A stretch of DNA of 64,000 bases, from positions 3,508 through 67,507 of the forward strand of contig FLMG01000742.1 of NCBI GenBank assembly GCA_900088475.1, written 5' to 3'. The notes beneath the pieces were generated by a model, which saw nothing but the letters and a program-made list of their open reading frames with translations, was not told where the DNA came from and ran no database searches. Positions 1 through 11,743 of this stretch are shown in pieces. Numbering within the stretch: the first letter of the stretch is position 1; each line of letters starts with the position of its first letter. The position numbers and the translations under genes were made by a program. The DNA comes from Hyphochytrium catenoides (taxonomy: Eukaryota > Protista > Hyphochytriomycota).

Positions 1-11
1 TGTGCTTTCAG

Positions 12-3000
12 GTCGACAGCCGCCTCGATCAGGCATTGCAGCTTGCTCTTTTTGAGTTACTGACGGAACCACTGACAATTTGGCCGTTTGCTGCCCTCTC
101 TGTGAAGCTGACCAAAGCGGCGGTTAAGTTCCTTGTCTGGAGAGAGAGCGACAATATGGTCAGCCTTTCCTCGCGCTTTCCTGATTATTTTCTGAAACAG
201 CGCCTATGTCTCCTGCAATTTTTGCCACGTCCAAAGGCTCCCCAGTCTTCCTTCTCTAGAACCGACCGTTGAATGCAGGTTCCTCCCTGTGCGAATATGG
301 TTCTTGACCGTCTCTCCGTCTCTCTCTTTCTCTGCGCAGATTCTCTCAAACGTCCAGACGATAAGGACGTTTCCTGCTGATGTCCAAGGGTAAGACGGCA
401 AACTGGTCGGGGGCGGACAAGGACTTGTCTCCAAGGGAAGGAAAAGAGGAGGAAGGACATAGTGCAAGTGGCTAATAACCTGTGACAGGACAAGGAAAAG
501 AGCATCGCGGAAGAAAGAGAGAGACGACCGAGGATGTTCTTTCTCATAGTGTCGTCCAGCGTTCCTATCTCCCTTCTCTGACTTGCTCTGCCTGGACAAA
601 TTATATCCTTCAAGGCTTATCTTTGCAGGCATGGAGGGGAACATCTTCGGGGTGAGGCCTCCCTTATTGCTCGCGGAAGAGGAGACGCTATGTTGTCTAC
701 TGGACATTGTGGCGCCCGTCAGCTGTCGGGTTGACATGGAGAATCTCACGATGCAGAAAAAGCTACCCCCTCAAGAGTCAAAGGTGTTGCATCCTTCCTA
801 CACACTTCTCTCTCTCTGCCTTTCTCTCTCTTCACTCTGCCTCCCCTCCCTCATAAGCTTTCTGCAGAACCCTTTCTCCTATCGCTGCCGTACTCTGTCT
901 CCCTGATAGCATGTGTCTGCATCGTCTTTCCCCAACAGGCTGATCCTCAGAGAGTCTATAGGCTTTACCTAACCCCCGTCTCCATGCTCTCCTCACTTCT
1001 TCCCCCTCGGCCATGGATCTGAACTGCGCTCCCTAGGTTATAACGATATTCTCTGGCGACACATGCTTCCAGGTGACAGACCTCTGTCGCTGTCGTGAAT
1101 GTTTTCAATAGCCTTGCTCTTTCCCAGATCCTAACAGCGTGTTCTTTAATGACTGCGGACTGCTCTGAGGTTACTTGCAGAGCTATGTCTGCTCCCATCC
1201 CCTGCACACTTGTTGCTCCAATCTTTCTGATGAGATTCCCTCTCTAACCTTGTGATCGGTCGAAAATGATAGGGCTTTGTCTTCCGCCACAGCTTGCCGT
1301 CGGTGCTTGAAATAAGAGAGACCTTTGAGATTCGGGGTCAAAACATGAAGCAGATGATCGAGAGGTTTGCGGAAGTTGTCATTGACAACTGCTGTCGGAT
1401 GCAAGAAGATGAAGGTGAGCTCTAACTCCATCTACTAATACGTCAATATATAGAGAGAGAGAGGGAGAGAGAGAGACAGACAGACGGACAGAGGGTGAGA
1501 AGCGTGAAAAGGCGTTGACGACTTAGAACAGACGATGAGAGCGCGCGTATCTCAAAGCAGAAGCACAAGTAGTAGAGTCTAACAGAGCACCGTACACACC
1601 GACCACAGGGCACTTTTTCCTGGGATTGGCTGTGTCGGACAGACGGAGCGCGTGGCACGCGGATAATCAGCTTCTCGCCCTATACTCATATGCTACCCTT
1701 AAGAGTCAGAGGGAAGACATCAAACAAAACATATCGAAGGCACTGAAGGGAGGCAAGCACATAGCCAGCAGGTACCTTGGCAGCGACTCTTACTTGAGAT
1801 CTATCTGTAAACGAAGCTTGCCGGTGACAGTGTTTCTGGTCCCTGTATCCATGTCATCTTTCTTCTCTTTTCTCCCAAGCCAGTGAACTGCCCCCACTGA
1901 GACCAACCTTAGGCTTCTCTTACCGCACATCCTCTTGCAGCAGCCCTGCCTTTCTCCTCCCCGGGCAGATATCTAGTGCAGCATTGGATTATCTCTTGTC
2001 TTCAACTTCTCTTCCGCTTTTTGACGGCTCAAGTTAGCGGCTGTACTGAGCATCTCGCCTCTTAATAACTGCTCTGTCTGTCTGCCACTTCTTGCGACAC
2101 GATGCCCAGAGTGCTCTTGTACGCCATGGATGACTACTTTCCTATGGTTAAAACGTTTACCTTTCGGGGCGTCATCGAAGGGGAGACGCCAAGGATCGAG
2201 AGCTATGAACCTCCCGTCGAGCTTTCTCTCTGGCCCTTTAGACACATCTACTTCGACCAGGTTATCTGATCTGTCCTAGGGCTCCTGTCATTTCATAGCC
2301 TCTCCGGACATCTAGCTCACTGGCCCGCTATGTAGTGCAGTATACCTGCGCTAGCTTGGATGTCATACTCTTTCCATCGCCTCTGTCCGTTGCCCACTCG
2401 TATTCTCTTACGGCTCTCTCATCTTCTTTTATTCATTCAAATACCTCTGCTGCAGGGCGATGCGTTGGACGCTCTCAGTGCCTTTCACTCCGAGAACGAC
2501 CTTGAGCGGCATACCGCAAGGCTCCATCAAGTCTTGAAAAATATGATAGATAAGGCGATTGCGAAGGGTAGCGTAGCTTCGATGACTCTTTACTATCGGT
2601 CTTTATCTCGGCCTGCGGCGCCCTCCCCAACCAGACCATTCGTTCTTCCAAACGTTCCCACGTGGCTCCAATCTTACACTGCTCAAGCTGCTCTGATAAC
2701 TCACTCCTATCTCCCCAGTTCATGGGGTTTTATGGGCCATGGTTAGGTCTCTCTGGACTTCTATTTCTAACCTCTACCTTGTCCCACGTACTTCAGGCGA
2801 CTTCCTCCAGGCATACAAGGTTTCCTTAGTACACCTCACCGTGGACCGCAAGCTGGTGAAGGAAGATCCCCACCTTCTCCTGGATGTGCTCAGGATGCTG
2901 CAGAGCTCTGTGGAAGAGATGGAGCACTTGGTACACCTCGTAGAACACACCTCCTTTCGCGCAAACTCTTCTGGCCTTTTGCCGCTACTCCGCTTCATTG

Positions 3001-4473
3001 GGCTACCAGCCATTATATGGTGGCACGTGATACCTCTCAGTTTCCATTCCATATCCTTATACCGCTCTTCGGCTGCAGGAGAGGCGGAATCGGATGCTGC
3101 AGGTGCTGGTGGCTCTTCTGACCTCAGAAGAAGACATCAAGTCTAAGGTTCGAATCGCTATGTGGACCTCTTCAAGAGAAGGCCTGAGGATCCTTCCCCT
3201 GCTTTCTAAGCATAAACCTCTCGAGTATACATCTGACGCTCTCTTATCTGGGGCTTGCAGACCTACCAAACCCAGATCCAGGCCTCTCTGAAGAATTATT
3301 GTACACAGATCAAGGAGCATATACACCCAGCTCTCTGTATCCATCTCATGGGTGTCATTCCAGCTGTTCTATCTCTTCTCGCTCAGCTAGAGCCTCTGTA
3401 CGCCGGACATAACTTAGAAGACTTGAAGTTCGGCGTAAAAGACTTAGACGAAGCCATAAACCTGCTAGCTGGCCAAGCAGGAGGGACGCAGCCATGTAGC
3501 TTCAAGGACTCTCCTCTAGCTCTTGCGCTGCTGCATCAAGCCCTGGGAAATGCCAGAAAGGTAAAAGGTCTTTTCGGCACTATAGAAACGGAAGCGCAGA
3601 GGGAAAGAAAATAGGGCAGTGATTGGACTGTCCGTCACTCCTTCTCGCTAACAGTGCCTGCCGCTCTATGCTGAGGGCTAACTCTTCTCTCTTGTTTCTC
3701 AACTCCAGGAGAGAGATCCTTCAACTTTAATGGAAACCCTAAAGGAGCTAAACAGCATTATGAAGGCTATACGCCTTTCCTTAGCCTTTGATATCCATCA
3801 GAACAGCGATGCTGTGCCTAAATTTCTTAAGAGGCTATTGGATCCCGAGGCAGCTTTGGACCAACACGGACCCCGTGGTGGAGGAGGGGCAGGAGTGAGG
3901 GCGAAGAGAAGGCCTCTGATGGTGCTAACCGCCCCAAATGCCACAAGTAACAGCGAAGTTGAAGGGACAAATGCCACGACAGAGAGTAGGTGCCCGGTCT
4001 CCCTTCCTTATTCTTCGTTCCCTATCACTGCTGGTTTGCTTCTCTCTCCTTGCACCTCTGCCGTTAGGCCATCTGGTCAGTCCAGCTCCTGCACACCATT
4101 CTTCTGCTCGGTGTCGTCTCCAGCTTAGCATCCCTTCCTATAAGGGTTCCACGCGTTCATCCAACGCTCCTCCTTGTCCCGCAAGAAGTTGTTACTCCCT
4201 CTGATGCCTTCTCCCTCTTCTTCCGCCAGGTTTAGGACAAGCTGTCTCTCGAGAACCTGCACCATTCGGCTTAGAGAAGAAGTCAACACTCTTCAATTCT
4301 AGCGGTGACTTTCAGCGAAGGTGGGCTGGCAGACCCTCGGCGCTTAGTATTGATCTTAGACGGAAGGGATCCTCCATTCTGGGATTTTCTAGGACCAGTT
4401 CATGGTGTGAACCAGATGTTCCTCCGCGTGCAGTGGCAAACGTGGAGGAAGAGAAAGAAGTGACTGAGGAGTA
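12..4473 (+). CDS. 3' portion of a multi-exon gene of unknown function (5' end outside the window; exon chain only partly resolved)
   Basis: Short protein-like frames bounded by GT..AG introns: VDSRLDQALQLALFELLTEPLTIWPF (after tttcag at 11), GDALDALSAFHSENDLERH, DFLQAYKVSLVHLTVD, ERRNRMLQVLVALL, TYQTQIQASLKNYC..ARK|gtaaaa..ctccag|ERDPSTLMETLKEL. The last exon reads TSSWCGPDVPPRAVANVEEEKEVTEE, with TAG at about 4470. Phases in 600-2300 are not fully resolved. No recognisable domain. Confidence 0.6.
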
Positions 4474-4973
4474 GGTTGCTGCCCGCAGGCTAGGAGGTAG
4501 AGAGAGTAGTGATCATCACAACCTTCTTGTGACAAAGAGAGAGAGGGACAGACAACGAGCGCGACATAAGACGAGAGGAGCTTGTTGAGGAGGGGAACGC
4601 CACCTGCTATAGATGCTTCTGCAGGGCTTTGGACGGTCTCCACGATCCAAAGTATAGAGAGCCGCCTTCTCCTTCCATCATACGCCCTCCTGATATGTGC
4701 CGCCAGCCTCGTTTGAGGTTTAGAATTAGATGCCCATCCAGTCATTCTCAAGGAGCTCTTTCTATAAAGGGAACTCTATCTCCTCAGAGCATGGACTGCC
4801 CAACGCAAGCGCTGAGGAAGAGAAACGTCTATGTGTCTATTATTTGGTTGTCAGGTCTATATATATGTATGTAAATGGAAAGGTCTATGTCCTGTCGCTA
4901 AGGACAAGGATGATAAGAGACACAAACTGAAGAGAGAGAAGTCACAATGAGATAAAGGAACAGAAAGGGAGCC

Positions 4974-7340
4974 TTATAATCTTTCCAGCTCTACCGCGAG
5001 ATAATCACTAGCTGCGCTGCTAACCGACCACTCACTTCCATAACTCTCCTCTGAGCTAGCCTCTGTTATGTCTGACAGCGCCGTTCCCCTGTCTATAGCC
5101 ATAGGAGAACGCATAAGGTGTTGCTCGCCATTGCCGCTGCTGTTGGCGCGGAAGCTGTAATCCCTTTCCTCATCGTTGTCGCGAGGGGTGTCCAGCAGCA
5201 CACCATCCAAATCAGAGTCTTTTCTATTGAACTGAAGGAATAGAATGGCAGCAATGACAACAACTGTCGCGCCAGCCGCTGCAATGGCTGCGATGCCTCC
5301 TAAAGGTAGCTTTTGAGAGCTGGAGACGACCGCTCCGTTTTCGGAACGCCCACTGTTGTCAATCTTTGGCTCATCGTCGGCGGAATCATCATTGACCCCG
5401 TCTGCTGCTTTCTTTCCAGCTCCATTCCCCGCAGGACTAACACCGCCATTGCCCCCGTTGACTGATGCCCCATCCACAGTCCCAGGTCTTCCACCTCCGG
5501 CCCTCTGGCTGGCGCTATCGCGGGCAAAGCTCTCCGTGCTGCTGCGGGTTTGACCGTCAGGATCGGACGTGGCTCCGGAGCTAGAGAAGGTCTGTGCGTC
5601 GGCGATAGATACGTCATTGAGATCAACATCAGATGGCTTGGTCAGGGTCAGGGGGCGAGGAAGTCTTTCTTCTTCTATCTCATCGTCATCGTCTTCCTTC
5701 TTTTTCACGTCGACAATCAGCCGAGGATTGACCCTAACTGGTGAAGGGCTGGGCTCTGGCTCCGGCTCAGGTAAAGGGCTGGGCTCTGGTTCCCCAATGG
5801 CTTCAGGCTCAGGGACTGGGACGCGCAAGGAGGGTGTGGGGGATGGAGAGCTTTCACCATGGTTTCCATCGCCAGAAGGCGGTAACCTAGATTCTCCGGC
5901 TTGATTCCCGTCAACCGGGGCCGGAACTGGACCTGCTCCTTGCTGCTCGTCACCAGAAGGCGGAGACCCTGATCCGCCGCCTTGCTCTGCGTCAGCCGGA
6001 GACCCTGATGCGCCGCCTTGCTGTCCGTCTGCCGGAGACCCTGATGCGCCGCCTTGCTGTCCGTCAGCCGGGCTCGGAGCTGGATCCATTCCTTGTTGCC
6101 CGTCGCCAGGAGAAGGAGCCCTAGGCCCCCCGTCTTGCGGCTCATCCCTTACAGGAGGCACGGTTGAAGGCTCTCCCTTCCCATTGCTAGGAGAACCGTC
6201 GATCGGGCTACCTTCCGCCTGTTGACCAGTGGAAGCACTGCCAGGAGGGCCCGTATTAGTTGGAGGAGAATCAGTAGGCGGTAAGGTTGTGGGCTCAGGT
6301 AGACCAGGGACAGTAGTAGGCTCCTGGGCCGTGGAATTCACTGGAGTTGTGCCTGGAGAGGTCTCCGTACCGTTGGATGGCTGGGGTGTCGGGACGGGAT
6401 TTGCTGGCTGCTCAAGAGCAGGACCTGGAGTGGGCGCTGAGCCTGGGGCTGGCTCTGCACCGCTGGGCTGGGGCTCAAGAGGACTCTGAGGTTCAGGACT
6501 GGGTTCTGGTGTTGGCTGAGGCACTGGCTTTGGGTCTTGTCCAGAAGTCGACCCTGAACCAATAGGCTGTGGCGAAGGGACAGGTTGAGGCTCCGGAATA
6601 GGCTCCGGCAGCGGGTCGCTCCCTGGGGCGGGCTCTGGATCCGCAGGCTGTGTCCCGGGAGCGGCGCTAGGTGTTGGTCCAGGATTAGGTAGAGGGAAAG
6701 GCCTTTGCTCTGGAGCTGGATCTGGGTCGGTAGGTTGCGGCACTGGCTCTGGCACAGTGTCGGGCTGGGGTAAAGGTTCCGCCCCTGGAGCTGGCTCCGG
6801 GTTGGTAGGTTGCGGCACTGGCTCTGGCACAGTGTCGGGCTTGAGTGAAGGTTCCAAACCTGGAGCTGGCTCTGGAGTGTTGGATTGAGGCCGCGGACTT
6901 GGCACAGCCTCGGGCTGAGGTGTAGGATCCGCCCCTGGAACTGGCTGTGGGTTGGTAGGTTGAGGCACGTCTGACCCTGGGCGAGGCTGAGGTGACGGCT
7001 CTTCTCCTTGAGAGGGCTGTGGCGTGTTTCTGGCGTTTATCGTTGTCGCTGGACTGCTACTGCCTAGAGTGGAGCCGCCGTCGCCAAGCTTGGCCACTTC
7101 GGCAGACTTTGATGGTGGATCGCTACTCTGTACCTGCTTACGAACAGGTTCTTCACTAGACATCTGCATGACTGCAGGTTTGGAAGGCGTGCTGCTGACT
7201 TTTGTCACCGGCGCTGGATCAGTAGCTCCCGATGTTGACGTGGTGGCATCCTTGGAGGCCGCTATCACCGCTGCCGGATATATCACTAGAATGACAAGCA
7301 GCACCAACCTCAGCAGAGGCCGCCGTCGTAGTGACTTCAT
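4974..7340 (-). CDS. Intronless 788-aa Pro/Ser/Thr/Gly-rich type I membrane (mucin-like) cell-surface protein
   Basis: Continuous ORF with an N-terminal basic + hydrophobic signal (MKSLRRRPLLRLVLLVILVIYPAAVIAA) and long PEP/PQP repeats. One TM helix (GGIAAIAAAGATVVVIAAILFLQF) is followed by NRK and an acidic Ser-rich cytoplasmic tail. Confidence 0.85.
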   Translation of the reverse strand: MKSLRRRPLLRLVLLVILVIYPAAVIAASKDATTSTSGATDPAPVTKVSSTPSKPAVMQMSSEEPVRKQVQSSDPPSKSAEVAKLGDGGSTLGSSSPATTINARNTPQPSQGEEPSPQPRPGSDVPQPTNPQPVPGADPTPQPEAVPSPRPQSNTPEPAPGLEPSLKPDTVPEPVPQPTNPEPAPGAEPLPQPDTVPEPVPQPTDPDPAPEQRPFPLPNPGPTPSAAPGTQPADPEPAPGSDPLPEPIPEPQPVPSPQPIGSGSTSGQDPKPVPQPTPEPSPEPQSPLEPQPSGAEPAPGSAPTPGPALEQPANPVPTPQPSNGTETSPGTTPVNSTAQEPTTVPGLPEPTTLPPTDSPPTNTGPPGSASTGQQAEGSPIDGSPSNGKGEPSTVPPVRDEPQDGGPRAPSPGDGQQGMDPAPSPADGQQGGASGSPADGQQGGASGSPADAEQGGGSGSPPSGDEQQGAGPVPAPVDGNQAGESRLPPSGDGNHGESSPSPTPSLRVPVPEPEAIGEPEPSPLPEPEPEPSPSPVRVNPRLIVDVKKKEDDDDEIEEERLPRPLTLTKPSDVDLNDVSIADAQTFSSSGATSDPDGQTRSSTESFARDSASQRAGGGRPGTVDGASVNGGNGGVSPAGNGAGKKAADGVNDDSADDEPKIDNSGRSENGAVVSSSQKLPLGGIAAIAAAGATVVVIAAILFLQFNRKDSDLDGVLLDTPRDNDEERDYSFRANSSGNGEQHLMRSPMAIDRGTALSDITEASSEESYGSEWSVSSAASDYLAVELERL
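5960..6070 (-). repeat. Coding tandem repeat, 36-bp unit x3 (GQQGGASGSPAD)
   Basis: ggagaccctgat(g/c)cgccgccttgct recurs with a 36-bp period inside the mucin ORF. Confidence 0.85.
6710..6965 (-). repeat. Coding tandem repeat, ~75-bp unit (PDTVPEPVPQPTNPEPAPGAEPLPQ-like)
   Basis: ggtaggttgcggcactggctctggcacagtgtcgggct occurs at about 6730 and 6805, with a degenerate third copy near 6900-6960. Confidence 0.8.
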
Positions 7341-10300
7341 GACAGACTGCTATGTACTAGTCCAGTTGACGGCGTCCAGCTTGTCGCGATGTCTCCTCTC
7401 TGCGTTGGAGGAGGAGGCTGACAATCAGCCCGTTCGGCACGAACAGGAGCAAGGCTAAAGAGAAGAAGAGTGCTTCGCTTCAAGTGGTGTCTTGCAGCAT
7501 TTGGCCTTGGTGAGGAAATTGACTGCGTCAGTAGGCGCCAGAGGCGCAGAGTTAGTTTCTAATGGCGCTACTGCGGGCGGCGCTAGGCACTTTGCAGCGC
7601 GCCAACTCCTTGACTGTGAGCGGCACCAGTGCTCCTGGCATCATCAATCATCAGCCGTGTCGCGTAGGATTATCGCAGACAGGTCAGGGCTCAGGGCACT
7701 TCTCTGGGTCTGGACCTGCTAAGGTAAACCTGTAACCTTCTGCCTCCTCTTTGAAGCCAGCGCGGTGCTAGAGCTTTTGGCTCTTCATCAGTGTAGACAA
7801 CATTCTGCTGCTTTCTCGGTCTCTTCCTCTTCCTCTTCCTGATGACACAACAACAACGGCCTCCAAGACATCTGGTCCATGGTTACCTGATAATTCACCG
7901 CAACGGGAGAGTTGCTAGAAGCTGCTCGTAGTTAGTTTTATTTTGAAGGTATTCCGCGCCACCCCTACCAAGTATCTGCTTACTTCCCCATCAGGCTGAA
8001 CATTATCCGCTACCTAATAAACGTCAGGCTTAGTCGGACTTTACTGAGACACCCGCTCTTCCTTATAATATTCCACCCTGGTCAAAGTATTCGCTTTCTG
8101 ATGTGCGACCGTCTCAGGGTTGAGAGCCTACACCAAATAAGAAAGGGAGGGTTACTTTTTCTGCAGAAAGAAACGAGTCTGATGGAAAACAGAGCGGGAA
8201 AGAGATAGGGATATTATAATGGCCACCGCCAAATAAGCTAAGAAACAGAGTAAGAAGGAGCTGGAGAAGGTGGTAGAGTGAGAGGGGAATTTGCTGGGTA
8301 GCTTGGGCCACTGTGCTCCTCCTGCCTCCTTGTGGTGCACAATTGCGGCGCCACTTCCTATGAAAAAGCGAACAACTTGGTGTTTCCATAGTTTATCAAA
8401 GGCTTTGACTGCATGGCATACCCCGCTCAGCTCCTCTTCTCCCTTCCAGAGTGAGACCCACGGCATATTTGGTACCAGCGATGGGTGAGACATTTGACAA
8501 TTACTTTATAGAGAATAGATAATTGCAAAGGTAGGCGGGTAGGCTATTCTTAGGCGGTTGAGCAGAGAGAGTTGTGCAATCTTTCTTTCTCCTTCATAGA
8601 GTATTATTGTAGGGCCTTTGTAATTGTTCCTGCATTGAGAACACTTCCTAAATAACAGTGTGGTCGTGGACAGCTAGCCGGTACTGGCCAGTTGGCATTC
8701 ATTCCACAAACACCTGTATAAAAGTCTATAAAAGTCCGAGTACTTGTAATCCCATACAAATGTGCGGAAGGAGGTAACTTGCGGCTCTACCGTTTTGCCC
8801 TTATTTAGAACTATATCTCAATAGTAGTAGAACGGTGCCTCAGTCGTCTCTAGTGCACAAACATCCCTAACTATGAATACTTTATTATTATACTCTTGAG
8901 TTCCAAGAGTAATAATGCTATGACAACAGAAGGGGCTTGTTCGCCCCTCATCGACGAGAAGATGAATGTCGACGGTCAACGCGAGGCGGCGTCACCATGA
9001 ATCGCAATGACAGTGCCGATCTCAGATGACAAGAGTAGGAGGAGCCGTTGGCTGCGTACTATAAACTCTAGAGTAAGCTATTGCACTTCTACTTTGTTTC
9101 AGGGGATTGGTAGCGTCAGAGGCGAGGATGGATGGCAAGTGGTTCTAGGTCCTTCTTTATATAAAGATCCTGCTAACTAATAATAAGTCCTGTCGGCAGT
9201 ACAGAAGTGAGAGAAGCACAGGACAGAAGGGTGGAGCTGATAATTCCCCTTTCTTAGGCTCACGATAGCTTGTCTCTGCATTTCCACAGCGCCATTCTCT
9301 CCCGCTTCTTGTACAGTAGGATGGAAGCACTGCCGCTGGGAAGGAATGACGATTGATGCGTGCAGAAAGAGACTACTCTGTCCTCTTGTACGTCGAGCCA
9401 ACCGGGAAGAACAGTGAAAGTGACTCAACAAAAAAGTTGCCTTTGCAAAGAAAACGATGTCGTAAGAAAATTGAGCTACCAAGAGTGTAGTTCTACTCCT
9501 TTGGATTAGGAGGTCAACTTTCTTATACCTCTATTATATATAATAAACTGTGGAAGGATAGAGATAAAGTGATGGGATGATGGGGTGGTGTACCAGTGGA
9601 GGACGATAGGAGACAGGCGTAGCGTTCATACACACAGCTCCACAAGAACACAGGCGGTTAGCACGTAGTATCTACGGATCCCGAAGACGTTCTAGAGCTA
9701 GCTAAGCTGAGGGCTAAGATGTAAACGATTTTTGATGATCGAGGTTGTTGGATGCCTTGTGGTACAACTGCCGGAGAGTCTCCGCAGTTGGAAGGAATTT
9801 CTGGGCTGTTTGGCCTAACATGGTTCCCCCTCTGATCTGGAATAGAAGGCTGACATCCGTCATCGCTGGTACCGGACCCGAATCTAGTATTGGGAGATGT
9901 CTATGAACAAATGTATCATCATTTGGTGCGATCGACCCGACATTTGTGCATCCAGGGACTGCCGTAATGCTTATCTCGTCACCGCATCACCTTCAAGAAA
10001 CTTTCCTAGTCCTGGCACCTACCACTGAGAGTTCTCACTCGGTGGGTGGTTCTTCCATAGCCCTCATCACCCCCGGTGACCACAGACTAGCCTGCTACCG
10101 GCTACGTCCCTGGCTGCGACGTGCTTTTCTCACAGGAGGAAACATACAATACTGTACTGCTTGTCTTCATCACAGCGTCCCAGCCCCATCAGGCTCTCTA
10201 TTGGTAGGAAGTACTGATAGTGGCAGTACCGACAGCTGCATGAGCACCTGGCACTCCTGGAAGTGGAGACGGAAGGTTTGACTTTCAAGGCTGTCTTGCT

Positions 10301-11743
10301 GTCTCATCTTCGTCGTCTCAGTCGCACACTAGACTGTGTATCTTGTACCCTTTCGTGAGCACATGCTGATGACATAAGCATCCACACGAGGGCCGAAGAG
10401 AGAAGTCTCATCAGCAGCATCGCTCTCCTGGGCTACCGTTATTATTTATAATTATCAAAGTGCCGGAACGGTGAACTATACCATGACTGAGTTCATGCAT
10501 GCGATCGCTCGTAAAAGACAGGCGGCAGCCCTTTGTTATACGCCATCATGCTCATGGAATGGTAGGTCCTCTTCTAGGCTGCTTCAATGCACGCAGTACG
10601 AAGATGGAACGCGTCCACCACCCTTCTTCTCTCCTATTCTCTTGTGTTTCAGGATACGCCTTCCCTTTTTTCTTTGCCTTTTGCTTGTCTGGACTAGAGC
10701 AAAAAGTACGAGAGAAAGCTGTACAACCGAGGTGACGTTGTTGGGCTTGAAAGTCTATGTGTGCCTCCTTGGAGCGACAGAGTGTGAATCTATTTCTGTG
10801 TATGGGCATGTTCGGCTCATTATCTCAATAATACCTATTTCTTCCCGAAAGTCGGTAGACTACTAAGGATGAGGCGGGAGAGAGGAAATCTTTATTAGCA
10901 CGAACAGCAGGAGTTCTTTTTTCTATATAGGGTTTTCCTGAATGGCTCCAGCCTCCGGTGATCAACTTGAGAAACAGTACGAACATCTTCACAGGAGATA
11001 TGAACAGCTGTTGGCATCACAATGGTGTCTAACATCTCTTCAGCCATCATAATAAAGAGCGTGGGAGATCTCACCGACCGCTCTGTTTGACTGACATAGT
11101 CCAGTGAGAATACCATCATTCCGGTGTTCTCCTCGTGTCGACCAATAAATCTATTATGGGGCTTGTTTCAGATGCTCCTGCAGAGTAAACAGAGACCGTG
11201 GCAAGCGACAAGTCATAGCCTTCTAGGGCTGGGCGCCATCCGGTATTGATCTTTTTGAACTAGAGTGTAAGGCTGTGACGGGTGTTCAGGCTTGTCCTCG
11301 ACAGGAAGCCGACATGCATGTCAAAGCCCTAGATCTCAAAGCCTAGTTATGCAAGTTTATTATAAATCAAAGTAAAACTTGATGTCACTCAGTGACATGT
11401 CTTCTCCCAAAAGTTATGACAAGCAAATTTTCCATCAGGAAAAATGAAGATGACGAGGATAGTAGATAAGAGCGCCGGTGCAGGACGGCCTGCCTCCAGC
11501 TACCACCGGTGTGGCTCCAATAAAGGTGACTGCTTCCGGTAGCTTACATGTTATAATGTACGTCTGGAAAGGGATGGTAGGACTTGACCAGCCTTCTTTA
11601 CCGAGAGAGAGGAGAGAAGAGTCTAAGCGCTCACTATCACAGCAGTCCTTTCCCAACGTCGCCCATATTATATTCCTAGCAGTTGAGAGGCGAGGATGTC
11701 TTCTGGCGTGGTCAGCCTCTCACACGACAAGTCACTATCCTTA

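Noticed and set aside
7500-11300. Short ORFs in the intergenic region
   Set aside because: They have no recognisable motifs or consistent exon chain. They may be decayed sequence, but I cannot support a call.
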